A stretch of 38,567 nt of DNA from a virus. This document shows positions 1 through 8,616 of this stretch, in pieces. Positions within the stretch are counted from its first letter, which is position 1. Every line of letters starts with the position of its first letter. Where the stretch lies: the IMG/VR virus record IMGVR_UViG_3300045988_118516, positions 1-38,567 of that record; one strand, 5' to 3'. The notes below the pieces were generated by a model. It worked only from the letters and a program-made list of their open reading frames with translations. It was not told the origin of the DNA and did no database searches. A program made the position numbers and the translations under genes.

Positions 1-99
1 GCTGCAATCATATTATCCGGTCGCTCTATGTACCAATTCATGGATATGTGGACTTTTTCAACATCCGTCAAACTTTTGTCCTCATGTAACAAAAAAAAC
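1..99. repeat. Terminal overlap copy A, identical to 38469-38567 (circular closure)
   Basis: Direct comparison: gctgcaatcatattatccgg...catgtaacaaaaaaaac occurs at both ends of the window. Confidence 0.95.
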
Positions 100-206
100 G
101 ATATCCAATCCTTAAAATTTGTGAAAATAGGATATTTTTTACCGCAAACCTCTACACTGTCCGGCAGAGCGTCCGTTAAGATGTTATACCATATCTCCTG
201 GGGCAT
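1..206 (-). CDS. Tail assembly chaperone, Gp15-like: N-terminal segment of a gene that wraps the circular junction (continues 38567->38114; 186 aa in total)
   Basis: The minus-strand frame is open from ATG at 206: MPQEIWYNILTDALPDSVEVCGKKYPIFTNFKDWISFF, running straight into LLHEDKSLTDVEK of the 38114..38560 ORF. Stops (TAA, TAG) lie just upstream of 206. Confidence 0.75.
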   Translation of the reverse strand, partial: MPQEIWYNILTDALPDSVEVCGKKYPIFTNFKDWISFFLLHEDKSLTDVEKVHISMNWYIERPDNMIA

Positions 207-531
207 ATCGCTGCACCGCCTCAACTAGTCTTAATTTTGCAGCAACTCGCTGCTCAAACATCGCTTTGAGCAACTGCATAAATGTTTTTTCGTACTCTCG
301 GCGATTGTCGGGAGCATCTGCAAAAACGGCGTCTGCTGTACCGTCACCAAACAGCACATCAAAAAACACCCGAAACGATTTGCAATACTGCCGGATGCCA
401 TCCGCATCGTCTTTGATTGGTTGGTTAGGGATAGCAGCAGCAGCGGTGGCATACCGCTGCATAAACGCTGCATCCTCTGCATCAACGTGTAAAGCAACCC
501 CGTTTATAGCTACTGTATACATGTCTTGCAT
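184..531 (-). CDS. Tail assembly chaperone (gpG-like position), 115 aa
   Basis: ATG at 531 with AAGGAG 9 nt upstream. The gene sits between the major tail protein and the Gp15-like/tape-measure genes. The call is positional. Confidence 0.6.
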   Translation of the reverse strand: MQDMYTVAINGVALHVDAEDAAFMQRYATAAAAIPNQPIKDDADGIRQYCKSFRVFFDVLFGDGTADAVFADAPDNRREYEKTFMQLLKAMFEQRVAAKLRLVEAVQRYAPGDMV

Positions 532-545
532 TGGTTACGCTCCTT

Positions 546-1058
546 TTACTTTTCAGCGTTTACAATGGTTGCGTTTTCGAAATCCGCATCCAACGTGACC
601 TTAACCGCTTTTTTTGCTCCTCTGGACTTAAAATCGCCGGAATATGTCATGCAGTCAGTCGTGTCACCGTTGCTGGACGGCACGATTGCATAGGCTCTCA
701 ATGTTGCCTCATACTGTCCGCCGGATGTGTTGGACGTCATATCCACAAGCAAGATGTTGCGGACTGCGTCCGTTCCGGTCAGTTCGTTTTCCGTGATTTT
801 CACGATTTCGCTCAATGCCGGCTGCCCGATATACTGGTCAAAATTGTAGTTGATGCTTTCGGAATAGCCTGTAACATCGGTTCGCTCTGTATCTTCGTCT
901 ACATACTGCCGGGCGAATTCCTTCGCATTGGCGTTAAATGTCTGTGTTGTAAAGCCTTCCAAACGGCAATAGCTGGACGTGCTCCCAGTCTTAACTTCCA
1001 TAAATGCCAGCTTTTCAGACCGCTTTTTAAGCTTTAAGCTATCAATACCTTTACCCAT
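546..1058 (-). CDS. Major tail protein, 170 aa
   Basis: GGAGGT RBS. The size and the position directly upstream of the chaperones and tape measure support the call. The sequence resembles TP901-1/phi13-type major tail proteins. Confidence 0.7.
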   Translation of the reverse strand: MGKGIDSLKLKKRSEKLAFMEVKTGSTSSYCRLEGFTTQTFNANAKEFARQYVDEDTERTDVTGYSESINYNFDQYIGQPALSEIVKITENELTGTDAVRNILLVDMTSNTSGGQYEATLRAYAIVPSSNGDTTDCMTYSGDFKSRGAKKAVKVTLDADFENATIVNAEK

Positions 1059-1509
1059 TTTTTAGATACCTCCATGACTCCAAATATGTCAACCGCATCT
1101 CAATTTGATAGCGTGCGGTTGTTTCTGTGACATCGATGGCGTAACCGCCCGATGTCAACTCAATCGACCGGACGGGGCGGAACTCGCCCAAATCCGGATA
1201 AATTCCTGCATCGTCATTGCGTCCAATCCAGTCCGCAAAATCCTCATAAAATGCAGAATTTTGAATGCCCTGCACCACATCCCGTCCATACGCCTCCCGA
1301 CTGCTGAACGCAAACTGAAACTGCTTAATTTTAGAGCCGTCCACGTATTTTTGTAACACTGGTGCACAGGGAAGCACGTCAATGCTATACTCAATTGCAT
1401 CCGCTCCAATGCGGTCAACGCCTAAAATCCGGCCGTCTTTTAGCAAAGGACAGGATGCAATGTAGTTGCGTACCGCCTCAATGATTGACAAATTATCCAC
1501 CTCCACCAT
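1051..1509 (-). CDS. Tail completion/terminator-type structural protein (minor-capsid-2-like), 152 aa
   Basis: Position between the head-tail joining genes and the major tail protein. The start is uncertain: ATG at 1509 has no SD, whereas TTG at 1491 has GGTGGAGGTGGA 8 nt upstream. Confidence 0.6.
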   Translation of the reverse strand: MVEVDNLSIIEAVRNYIASCPLLKDGRILGVDRIGADAIEYSIDVLPCAPVLQKYVDGSKIKQFQFAFSSREAYGRDVVQGIQNSAFYEDFADWIGRNDDAGIYPDLGEFRPVRSIELTSGGYAIDVTETTARYQIEMRLTYLESWRYLKNG

Positions 1510-1822
1510 TTAGCTTTTTTTGTGCCCCTCGCATGATACTTTCTCCGTGGGCGGTCATTGCCCGTTTTACCCAGTATCTGCCACGCTTGCCCGTTGATAG
1601 TCCTTTGTAGTACTGTTTACGTGCATACGGTGCAAGCCATCGGATGCGACCACTGCCGACCTTTGTGCCTAAAATGCCCGAACCACGCAACATCCCCGTT
1701 TTAAATGGGATATACGGGTCACATTTCCGCAGAATCTTGCTATCCACGTACTTTTGCACAGGTTGCAGCCGCTTTTGTAGCTGCTGTGTCTGCGGCATAG
1801 TGATTTTAAACGTCAAACTCAT
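1493..1822 (-). CDS. Head-tail joining protein (HK97 gp10-like / minor capsid protein family), 109 aa
   Basis: ATGA overlap with the upstream gene. Sequence KYVDSKILRKCDPYIPFKTGMLRGSG is typical of this small connector family. Confidence 0.6.
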   Translation of the reverse strand: MSLTFKITMPQTQQLQKRLQPVQKYVDSKILRKCDPYIPFKTGMLRGSGILGTKVGSGRIRWLAPYARKQYYKGLSTGKRGRYWVKRAMTAHGESIMRGAQKKLNGGGG

Positions 1823-2163
1823 CCTGCAGTCACCTCGATGTGCTGCACGTCCGCAGAGCCGTAGCGGTAATCTTCTACCATCATCACTCTTTTTGCAGCT
1901 TCGGGTGGTGCTGCATTCTCGCAGCGACCACAGACAAGCAAATCGTCCCGTTTTGGCAGATAGTCAGACAAGGAAGCGGCAGGAATTACGCAAAATACCG
2001 TGTCTTGCTGCTGCATTGCCGTGCCGGATTGTGTTTGACCGGCTGCATCTTCCCAATAAATGGACGGGATAAAATGCCGGATATAAGTTTCCATGCGGTT
2101 TGCTCCGGCTGTCCGCTCGTAGACAGTACAACCAATTTTATTTACATACAATCCTCGTTGCAC
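1819..2163 (-). CDS. Head closure / head-tail adaptor protein
   Basis: The ORF is open over 1819..2205. The start is uncertain: GTG at 2163, or ATG at 2094 with GGAG 8 nt upstream. The call is positional. Confidence 0.5.
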   Translation of the reverse strand: MQRGLYVNKIGCTVYERTAGANRMETYIRHFIPSIYWEDAAGQTQSGTAMQQQDTVFCVIPAASLSDYLPKRDDLLVCGRCENAAPPEAAKRVMMVEDYRYGSADVQHIEVTAG

Positions 2164-2567
2164 CCCCTGTATAGTAGTCCTGTACGCCCCAGATACTGCA
2201 CGCAAATGCGATATAGATAACTTTGCAAGCCTGCCGTGTTGCCATTCAGAAGAGCGGCTGCAACGTCTGCTGGTGCTCTGTAACTAACGCTATATTTACT
2301 GATGGTTTCGGCGGTTTTTTTGCCCTTGCTGCCTGCAAGCATTCCGTTTTTTGCGTCCAGGAATAACGTCCATGCTTCAGATAAAGCACAGCAGCAATTT
2401 TTCACTTGCTCGGTGTACGCATCTGGGATACCGTTTTGCAGCCGCCCAAACGTGATGCTGTCTATGTACTCCGATGCACGGGCGGCAGCCGTGCGAAATG
2501 CTGCCGCATCCGTGATGGATGTACCACAGTAAAAATCTTGATAATAGGGGAAATCTGCATAAATCAT
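2142..2567 (-). CDS. Head-tail connector protein, gp6-like, 141 aa
   Basis: The N-terminus MIYADFPYYQDFYCGTSITDAAAFRTAAARASEYIDSITFGRL resembles the phage gp6-like connector family. The gene lies just downstream of the capsid gene. Confidence 0.65.
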   Translation of the reverse strand: MIYADFPYYQDFYCGTSITDAAAFRTAAARASEYIDSITFGRLQNGIPDAYTEQVKNCCCALSEAWTLFLDAKNGMLAGSKGKKTAETISKYSVSYRAPADVAAALLNGNTAGLQSYLYRICVQYLGRTGLLYRGCNEDCM

Positions 2568-2647
2568 GCCTTTTCTTGCTCCGTTTCTGGCTTTTTCACC
2601 GGTTTTGGTTTTTGCTTTTTCTGTGGTTTCATGCCGATGGTCTTCAT
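2564..2647 (-). CDS. Possible 27-aa lysine-rich micro-protein (MKTIGMKPQKKQKPKPVKKPETEQEKA)
   Basis: GAGGGAGTGG lies 5 nt upstream of the ATG at 2647. The stop overlaps the next start as ATGA. The ORF fills the capsid-connector gap and is too short to appear in the ORF track. Confidence 0.35.
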   Translation of the reverse strand: MKTIGMKPQKKQKPKPVKKPETEQEKA

Positions 2648-2660
2648 TTCATCCACTCCC

Positions 2661-3533
2661 TCAGGCGGTCTTATAGGAGCAATAAATGCCCTTTGCGTGA
2701 TTGTCAAGCACATCAGTTAAGCCGTATGTCCGGTAATAAAACGCCCATGCATCCATAGACTGGTTGACTTCCGGAGCGATAATCTTAGAAACTACGTGCT
2801 TCTGCACCTGCAAGACTGCCGCCTTGTCGATAATCATAAAGTTAATATCGCTTGCACCGGTCGTCTTTTTGAAACCGCCTGCCTTTTCGCTGGCAGATTT
2901 GCCGTCCAGTGTGTCAATTGCCGTATAGAATCGGCTCTGCGGTACGGTCACGATGCTTGCAAACCGTTCCATCATTGCCTTGGACTTGTATGTATCCATT
3001 GCGTTAATCATCTGTAGCAAGGTCGGTGTTACAAACAAATACCGGCCCGTTTCGGTGACTTCTGCTTCGTCGAGGGCGATGTTTGCGGTCATGATAGCGT
3101 CGGTGATGTCCGTCACGGTCGCAAAGGTTTCCTGCTTCTTCTGGATTCCGGTTGTGCCTGCATACTGTGCAAACCGCATTGCATCCATTTCCGGTACAAC
3201 CTTTGTTCGCATAAATTCGGCAGACAGCAGACCAAACGCCAGTGCAATAGATTCTTCATCGTCCATCGCATCGACTGCAAACTTTCTGCCACGGTCGTAG
3301 TTTGGCTTTTTGGTTTCCCATTCCAACTTGACATCTCCAGCAGCGTAGCCCTCTGTGCGGCTGTAATCGCCCAATCCGTCCATGTCATACTTCGGAATCT
3401 TAAATTCCCCGGTGTCCTTTGTCATTGTGACAATGTCACTGCCGCTGTCCAGCACCATGGTCTTAGAGGACTGTTTGTAGACCTCGTCCAGCATGGTGAC
3501 GCATTTTGTCGCCAATTCAATTGCATTTGCCAT
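2661..3533 (-). CDS. Major capsid protein, 290 aa
   Basis: Follows the scaffold gene, has an RBS of GAAAGGA, and the size and composition fit a capsid protein. Confidence 0.75.
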   Translation of the reverse strand: MANAIELATKCVTMLDEVYKQSSKTMVLDSGSDIVTMTKDTGEFKIPKYDMDGLGDYSRTEGYAAGDVKLEWETKKPNYDRGRKFAVDAMDDEESIALAFGLLSAEFMRTKVVPEMDAMRFAQYAGTTGIQKKQETFATVTDITDAIMTANIALDEAEVTETGRYLFVTPTLLQMINAMDTYKSKAMMERFASIVTVPQSRFYTAIDTLDGKSASEKAGGFKKTTGASDINFMIIDKAAVLQVQKHVVSKIIAPEVNQSMDAWAFYYRTYGLTDVLDNHAKGIYCSYKTA

Positions 3534-3552
3534 TTATTATATCATCCTTTCA

Positions 3553-4071
3553 TTATTTGTTGTCGGCCGGCAAGCACATGACCTTCCGCAGGCGTTTATC
3601 AAATGCATCGCCTGTGCTGGAAAATCCTGGCGTACTGCCCAGAAACGGCTTTGGCGGTTCTTCTGCTGCAAACGCATCCGGACAGGTCTTTTTCAGTTCC
3701 TGCACGGTTTCCGTTCCGCCAGTCAGGTTGCCTTTGTCGTCAAATTGCAGCTGTTTGCCGATAATCTGGTTGGTCAGATATTCCGCGTAAACATCATTTT
3801 TCATGCCTTGTTTTCGCACAAACGCTGCTACATTGTCCCGGTATTCCTTGGCTTTGCGGTCAGCCTCTGCCTGTTCATACTTCTGCTGCCAGTCTGCAGC
3901 GGACTGCTTAATGCCATCAATATCCATCTTTTCAAAGGACGACAGCTTTTCCGCCGTTTCTTTCAGACTGGTTCTTGCTGCATCCAACTGTTCCTGTAAG
4001 GCGGTGTATTCCGCTGCAGTATAGGTCTTTTCCGGCTGTTCTGCCTCCTGCTGCTTGGTTTCTTCTGCCAT
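3553..4071 (-). CDS. Capsid scaffolding protein (GP20-like), 172 aa
   Basis: Charged coiled-coil sequence (EETKQQEAEQPEK...QQKYEQAEADRKAKEYRD) immediately upstream of the capsid gene. Confidence 0.7.
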   Translation of the reverse strand: MAEETKQQEAEQPEKTYTAAEYTALQEQLDAARTSLKETAEKLSSFEKMDIDGIKQSAADWQQKYEQAEADRKAKEYRDNVAAFVRKQGMKNDVYAEYLTNQIIGKQLQFDDKGNLTGGTETVQELKKTCPDAFAAEEPPKPFLGSTPGFSSTGDAFDKRLRKVMCLPADNK

Positions 4072-4101
4072 TTTTGCAACTCCTTTCTGTTTTTGGGTAT
4101 C

Positions 4102-4128
4102 AAAAAAGCACCTGATTGCTCAGATGCT
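4102..4128 (-). terminator. Intrinsic terminator-like hairpin followed by a U-run, downstream of the 166-aa moron
   Basis: Minus sense reads AGCAUCUGAGCAAUCAGGUGCUUUUUU. It shares the AAAAAAGCACCT...GATGCT motif with 4742-4765. Confidence 0.5.
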
Positions 4129-4221
4129 GATTTGTTAATAATATAAGAGCGCCGTACCCGCAGGCTTGTTTGTTCTTGGTTTCCGTCCCTCCGCCAGTTT
4201 TTGCCCATGGTCGGGGCGTTT

Positions 4222-4719
4222 TTATCTAAAAATTCGTTCAAGCACTTCTCTTAGTTCGATGGCATCAGGTTCAAGCAAGGTTGTTCTTATCTTTTCTCGC
4301 ATGTCAACCACCTTGTCTGTTTCAAACACAATGCAGAGCTTGTTGAAACCGTCGGAATCCTGTCTGTTTTCAGCGAAATACACACCTTCCAGCTTTACAC
4401 CGCCAACATACAGAGCCCCACTTTTGCCGATAAAAATAGGCGTGTATCCCAACCTTGTCTTGCTTGTCCAAATAGGCTTGCTTCCTGCTTTAAACCTATC
4501 TCTTTCTGTGTCTTTCCGCATTGCAGCGATTTCTTCGTCTGTGAGTCCGTCATAGTCTGCAGGGTCGTAATAGTAGTTCATTTCGTGTAGCTCCTTTGCA
4601 ATCGCCATTTTCAACTCCGTTACTTTTAATAAATCAGATGTAGATTCACAACAATTAGCTGCACTTATTATAATGTCTTCTATATCTTTTAAAAATGCAG
4701 CATATTCCTTATCTGTCAT
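4222..4719 (-). CDS. Hypothetical protein (165 aa) inserted between the minor capsid and scaffold genes
   Basis: GAGGAGGA lies 6 nt upstream of the ATG at 4719. I do not recognise the family. Confidence 0.7.
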   Translation of the reverse strand: MTDKEYAAFLKDIEDIIISAANCCESTSDLLKVTELKMAIAKELHEMNYYYDPADYDGLTDEEIAAMRKDTERDRFKAGSKPIWTSKTRLGYTPIFIGKSGALYVGGVKLEGVYFAENRQDSDGFNKLCIVFETDKVVDMREKIRTTLLEPDAIELREVLERIFR

Positions 4720-4741
4720 CACAAATCCTCCTCATGGCATG

Positions 4742-4765
4742 AAAAAAGCACCTCACCGAGATGCT
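4742..4765 (-). terminator. Intrinsic terminator-like hairpin overlapping the stop codon of the minor capsid gene
   Basis: Minus sense reads AGCAUCUCGGUGAGGUGCUUUUUU. Confidence 0.45.
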
Positions 4766-6006
4766 TTTGCACTCTTTTTGCTCTCTTTTTGCACTCTTTT
4801 CGCCGCATGCACCGCTTTTTGTGCCTCGCTCCGGCTAAATCTCAGCACTTGCTCTCTAAACCGGTCACGGTCTTGTCCGGTCTGATTGCAAAATGCTTGC
4901 AAATCCTTTTCGGCTGCTTTCAACTTTGCAGCGGTTGCCTGATAATCTGCTGTTGCAGCCTCTCTCAACTCTGGCTTGTCTGTCAGTTCAGCAGCTTGCT
5001 GCATGCTCATGGTCTGCCGTTTCAGTTTCCGGACGTTCCGCTCTCTGGCTCGCTGCATCTGGCTGATTTCGTATTCTGTGTATTTCTCGCCGTTCCATTC
5101 AATCCGCTTTTCGTCCAGCTGTTCCAATTCTTTTTTGGTGTAGTTCGGCGTGGACAGCCCTGGAAAATACGGAAACCAGTCGTGACGGCAGTTCCAACCC
5201 CGGAAGCCGTCACCGTCACCATAGCCAATGCCACGCAACGACCAGACTTTCAAACCGTCTATCGTCTTGCCAACGTCTTTTCCGGTCAGGCTGACAAGCT
5301 GCCCCTGCCACTTTGCATGCTCCGGTCTTGCTCCAGAATGTGCGGTGATTTCCATGAGATAACAGTCGTTTTCCTCGGCGTTGGTCTTGCTGACCTCTGC
5401 CGCCGTCTGTCCAACTCCGGTCAACGCTGCACGGCGGATTGCAACGTCCAGTTTGTCAACGTGTCCGGATGGATATGTGACTGACAAGCCGCCCTGTGCC
5501 GCCTGTTTCAGCACGTTCCGGATTGCCTCTTGATAGCTAAACGCCCCACTTGTAATTTGCATATATGCATCATTGCAGGCCTGATAAAATGCACGCTGCG
5601 TTGTCAGTGCCGTGGTCTTTGTGAGGTTGTCCATCACACCCATGGTCTTTTTAAAACCAGCCTCCAGCACCTGCCGCAGGCTGTCCGATTGCCGGATGTC
5701 AACCGTTGCAATTCCGGCTTGTCTGTAAGCCTGATTGTCAATCTCTACGGCTGTCACGCCTGCATCCTCAAATAACGCCAGAACCTGTGCTGTGCATGCG
5801 TCTGTGCGTTGTGCAATCAGCTGCAAGATGTCCTCGTACAGCAAACCAGCCTCTTGTAACATCTCTGCTTGGTGTTTGGTTGCCTCGGACACAAACCCCA
5901 TCCGCAGGATACGTTTCACCATCGCTGACAAAATCGCATCTTCCAGGTGGGCATACGCTGCGAGCACAGCGTCCGTGCACGACTCGTAGTAAATCGGCGG
6001 CAGCAT
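4753..6006 (-). CDS. Minor capsid / head morphogenesis protein (phage minor capsid protein 2, SPP1 gp7-like), 417 aa
   Basis: Directly follows the portal gene (TGATG overlap). Contains motifs VDKLDVAIRRAALTGVGQTAAEV and AHSGARPEHAKWQGQ, which are typical of this family. Confidence 0.75.
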   Translation of the reverse strand: MLPPIYYESCTDAVLAAYAHLEDAILSAMVKRILRMGFVSEATKHQAEMLQEAGLLYEDILQLIAQRTDACTAQVLALFEDAGVTAVEIDNQAYRQAGIATVDIRQSDSLRQVLEAGFKKTMGVMDNLTKTTALTTQRAFYQACNDAYMQITSGAFSYQEAIRNVLKQAAQGGLSVTYPSGHVDKLDVAIRRAALTGVGQTAAEVSKTNAEENDCYLMEITAHSGARPEHAKWQGQLVSLTGKDVGKTIDGLKVWSLRGIGYGDGDGFRGWNCRHDWFPYFPGLSTPNYTKKELEQLDEKRIEWNGEKYTEYEISQMQRARERNVRKLKRQTMSMQQAAELTDKPELREAATADYQATAAKLKAAEKDLQAFCNQTGQDRDRFREQVLRFSRSEAQKAVHAAKRVQKESKKSAKASR

Positions 6007-7358
6007 CAGCGACCACCTACACCAAACAGGCTGTAATCCTCAGGGCTGCCAGCGTCCGGAATCATCTTTTTCGCTTCTTCTTCCGAGCAGCCGTAGTAGC
6101 TGCTCAGGAAAATTTCAGGCTTTAAGATGCCGGCTTGTACAAACTGCAACTCTCGCTGTGTCTTTGCGTCTACATCCTCTAGGACGCTATCGCCCCAGTC
6201 AAACGCAATCTCAAATTCTGTTGATGGGACAACACCATGATAAAACGCCAGCGTTGCTGCTGCCGTAATCGCTCGTCGCAGAGCAAATTCCGTCTGCTTT
6301 TGCAGGGCAGACACAAACACATAGCTGCGTTGTTTGGACGACTCAATCTCGGTTGCTGTTTTTGCGACCTCTGCAGGCTCTGACAGCGTGCCATAGGCAA
6401 GCTGACAAGAAAACTCAATCCGCTGCAAAATCTTATTTAAGCCGTTAAAAAACGATGCATCCCGAATTTCCGGCGAGTACGGCATGATTTTGTCAGAATC
6501 ATCATCCCCGATGGACAGCATCTTTTTGTATAACCGCTTATCATGTGCGGAAAGCCGGTCAAATCTGTTGAAAATGTCCTGTGTCGCAAAGACTGCGGTT
6601 TCCTTTGATTCGTATTCCCACAAAATTTCCGACCATAATTGGTCTGCCTGTACAATCTGCGGCAGTGCATCCGCAAACACGGACACGCCTAAAGCAGAGG
6701 TCGGGTCTTTGCTGTTGGGTTTTGGCACGCGGAAAAAGCCAAATAGCGGCGTATCTGACTGCACGTTAACCAGCGGCTCTAATCCAGCCCACGGCGTTTC
6801 TGACAGCTCACAAGGGCTGCCCAACGTGTCTGCATCGTATGCATGATACGTGTAATTCTGGATAATGCACTGCTTTTTGTCACTGTCATAACCGTGGCAC
6901 TCCAACCTTGTGTACCAGTCTGCACCGCTCCGAAACGTATCCGCAAACACGGCGGATTGCATAGACTGGTCAGATGTAAACGCAATCGGAAACACACGCT
7001 GCACCGGCACCCACTCCAACGATACACTGCCGTTTGCAAAATATGGCTTTATCACCATGCCGCCGCTGGCAAGCCCCGCAGAAAAGCCGGTTTGCAACGC
7101 TGGCAGGTGGTTGTCTATCATGGTTTGCAAATAGTCTGCCGTCTTGCCGTTGCCAGTAATCTCTATTTTTGATTCTGCAAAAATCAACCTTGCAAACTCG
7201 GTGCAGATTGCTGCTGCAAGATGTAAGCCGTCTTTTTGCTCTCGGCTCTCCGAATTGTCAGAAAACAGCGTTTCCCACTGTTCAATGTATCCTCGCATTA
7301 GTGGGGATATTGCTGTTTTGATATTAAGTGCAGCCTCAATATCTGCATAACTTATCAT
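6006..7358 (-). CDS. Portal protein (SPP1 Gp6-like), 450 aa
   Basis: Follows TerL. ATG at 7358 has GGGGGTGA upstream. The longer track ORF (to 7532) would overlap the TerL gene. Confidence 0.8.
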   Translation of the reverse strand: MISYADIEAALNIKTAISPLMRGYIEQWETLFSDNSESREQKDGLHLAAAICTEFARLIFAESKIEITGNGKTADYLQTMIDNHLPALQTGFSAGLASGGMVIKPYFANGSVSLEWVPVQRVFPIAFTSDQSMQSAVFADTFRSGADWYTRLECHGYDSDKKQCIIQNYTYHAYDADTLGSPCELSETPWAGLEPLVNVQSDTPLFGFFRVPKPNSKDPTSALGVSVFADALPQIVQADQLWSEILWEYESKETAVFATQDIFNRFDRLSAHDKRLYKKMLSIGDDDSDKIMPYSPEIRDASFFNGLNKILQRIEFSCQLAYGTLSEPAEVAKTATEIESSKQRSYVFVSALQKQTEFALRRAITAAATLAFYHGVVPSTEFEIAFDWGDSVLEDVDAKTQRELQFVQAGILKPEIFLSSYYGCSEEEAKKMIPDAGSPEDYSLFGVGGR

Positions 7359-7362
7359 AAAA

Positions 7363-8616
7363 TCACCCCCAATCATCTGTTTTCCATCCCAAATGTCGCA
7401 GGATGGTATAACAAAAATACCGGATGTCGTCCATCGCATGGTCACTCTCTTTGATAACAGTATCCTGTTGCTTTTTGTCATCCCAGCGATACAAGCCAAA
7501 TTCCCGAATGGTGTCCGTGCAAGTATCTGCAATCAAAATCCGCTTTTGTTTTAGCAAGGTCATCGTGTACCGGATACCATCAATTACGCTGTTATTTGCT
7601 TTGCGGACACTATAGACAGCGTGGTGCTGGATACAGGCGATCAGACTTGCGGCAGACGGGTCTACTATAATCTGCTGGATGTCGTAGCCCTCTGCAAGTC
7701 TTGCAATCTCCTGATAATGCTGCTCGTCATCCTTTTGCTTGCCTGCTTTTCGTGCGTCATAATAAGACTCTTTCATACGCACTGCAAAATCATCCTCGAC
7801 CGCCCACAATCCAATAGAGGTCGGATTCAGCGTGCCGTAGTCGATGGACAAATAAAAAACCGCCCTCTCGGACGGTTTGTAATTATGAACAACGCTAACA
7901 GCTGGGTCAAAATCCGGATAGACAAGCCCCTCTGCCACTCGCCACAAGCCCAATACATAGCGGTCATAAAACGCCCCAGCAGGGTACACAGACGCTGCTC
8001 GCTGGATTTTTTGTGGTGTCATGATTGGATTATCCTGCATCGTAAAGTGCAGGTGTAAAACGTCGCTACGCTCGCCGTTGTCTGCTTTTAAAATCCACTG
8101 TTGATAAAACCAGTGCTGCGGGTTGTCCGGATTGCAGTTAAACCACAATCTTGCATTTCCAACAGACAGCGTTCGGGCAATTGCCTGATTTACAAACGAT
8201 TCTGGCATTAAGGCAACCTCATCAAATAACACGCCACTCAGCGTGATACCCTGAACAAGCTTATAAGACGCCTCGTCCTTACCACCAAAAACGTGAAATT
8301 GGTTTTGTTTGCCGTTGCCTTTAACGGTTAAGATGTGCTTGCTGCCGCCAATGTAGGACACGTTAAAATAATGCGTGATGTCTGCCATCTGCAACAGCTC
8401 CATGATGATGTTACGCTCTGCAGATTGTACCGTGTTGCCGCAGATGCCAAACCGTGCACGGTCAAATGTTGCCATTGCCCACAGGATAAACGCACATGCC
8501 ATGGATGCCGTCTTGCCAGACCGCACAGAGCCGTCACAAATTAAGGCGTATGCATCCGGTTTATATGCCCACCGAAAGACGGTTTTTTGCTTTTTGGATA
8601 GCTTTGTAAACGTCAT
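7363..8616 (-). CDS. terL: Terminase large subunit (PBSX/Terminase_3 type), 417 aa
   Basis: Walker A motif DGSVRSGKT, motifs LFDEVALMP and WFNCNPDNPQHWFY, and an ATGA overlap with the upstream small subunit gene. Confidence 0.9.
   Translation of the reverse strand: MTFTKLSKKQKTVFRWAYKPDAYALICDGSVRSGKTASMACAFILWAMATFDRARFGICGNTVQSAERNIIMELLQMADITHYFNVSYIGGSKHILTVKGNGKQNQFHVFGGKDEASYKLVQGITLSGVLFDEVALMPESFVNQAIARTLSVGNARLWFNCNPDNPQHWFYQQWILKADNGERSDVLHLHFTMQDNPIMTPQKIQRAASVYPAGAFYDRYVLGLWRVAEGLVYPDFDPAVSVVHNYKPSERAVFYLSIDYGTLNPTSIGLWAVEDDFAVRMKESYYDARKAGKQKDDEQHYQEIARLAEGYDIQQIIVDPSAASLIACIQHHAVYSVRKANNSVIDGIRYTMTLLKQKRILIADTCTDTIREFGLYRWDDKKQQDTVIKESDHAMDDIRYFCYTILRHLGWKTDDWG

Noticed and set aside
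91-98. The A8/T8 homopolymer as a slippage site inside the Gp15-like gene
   Set aside because: Both alternative frames terminate within 3-8 codons (TGA), so no extended product is possible. It may still be a site prone to sequencing error.
1-99. True physical direct terminal repeats or a cos region
   Set aside because: The 99-nt repeat lies inside the coding sequence of the Gp15-like chaperone, and the terminase is of the PBSX/Terminase_3 (usually headful) type. An assembly overlap of a circular or permuted genome is the simpler explanation. Read data would be needed to be certain.
184-206. Programmed -1 frameshift joining the two tail chaperone ORFs (gpG/gpGT-style)
   Set aside because: The downstream frame is +1 relative to the upstream ORF, not -1. 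There is no XXXYYYZ slippery heptamer in the 23-nt overlap. The downstream ORF has its own ATG at 206. The -1 frame hits a stop after about 9 codons.
3963-4241. 92-aa minus-strand ORF spanning the moron-scaffold gap
   Set aside because: It reads through the terminator hairpin and into the scaffold RBS and start. The composition is basic and low-complexity, and there is no RBS.
7359-7532. N-terminal extension of the portal ORF (the 508-aa version)
   Set aside because: The extension overlaps the 3' end of the terminase gene by 170 nt. An ATG at 7358 with a GGGGGTGA RBS lies right after the terminase stop.
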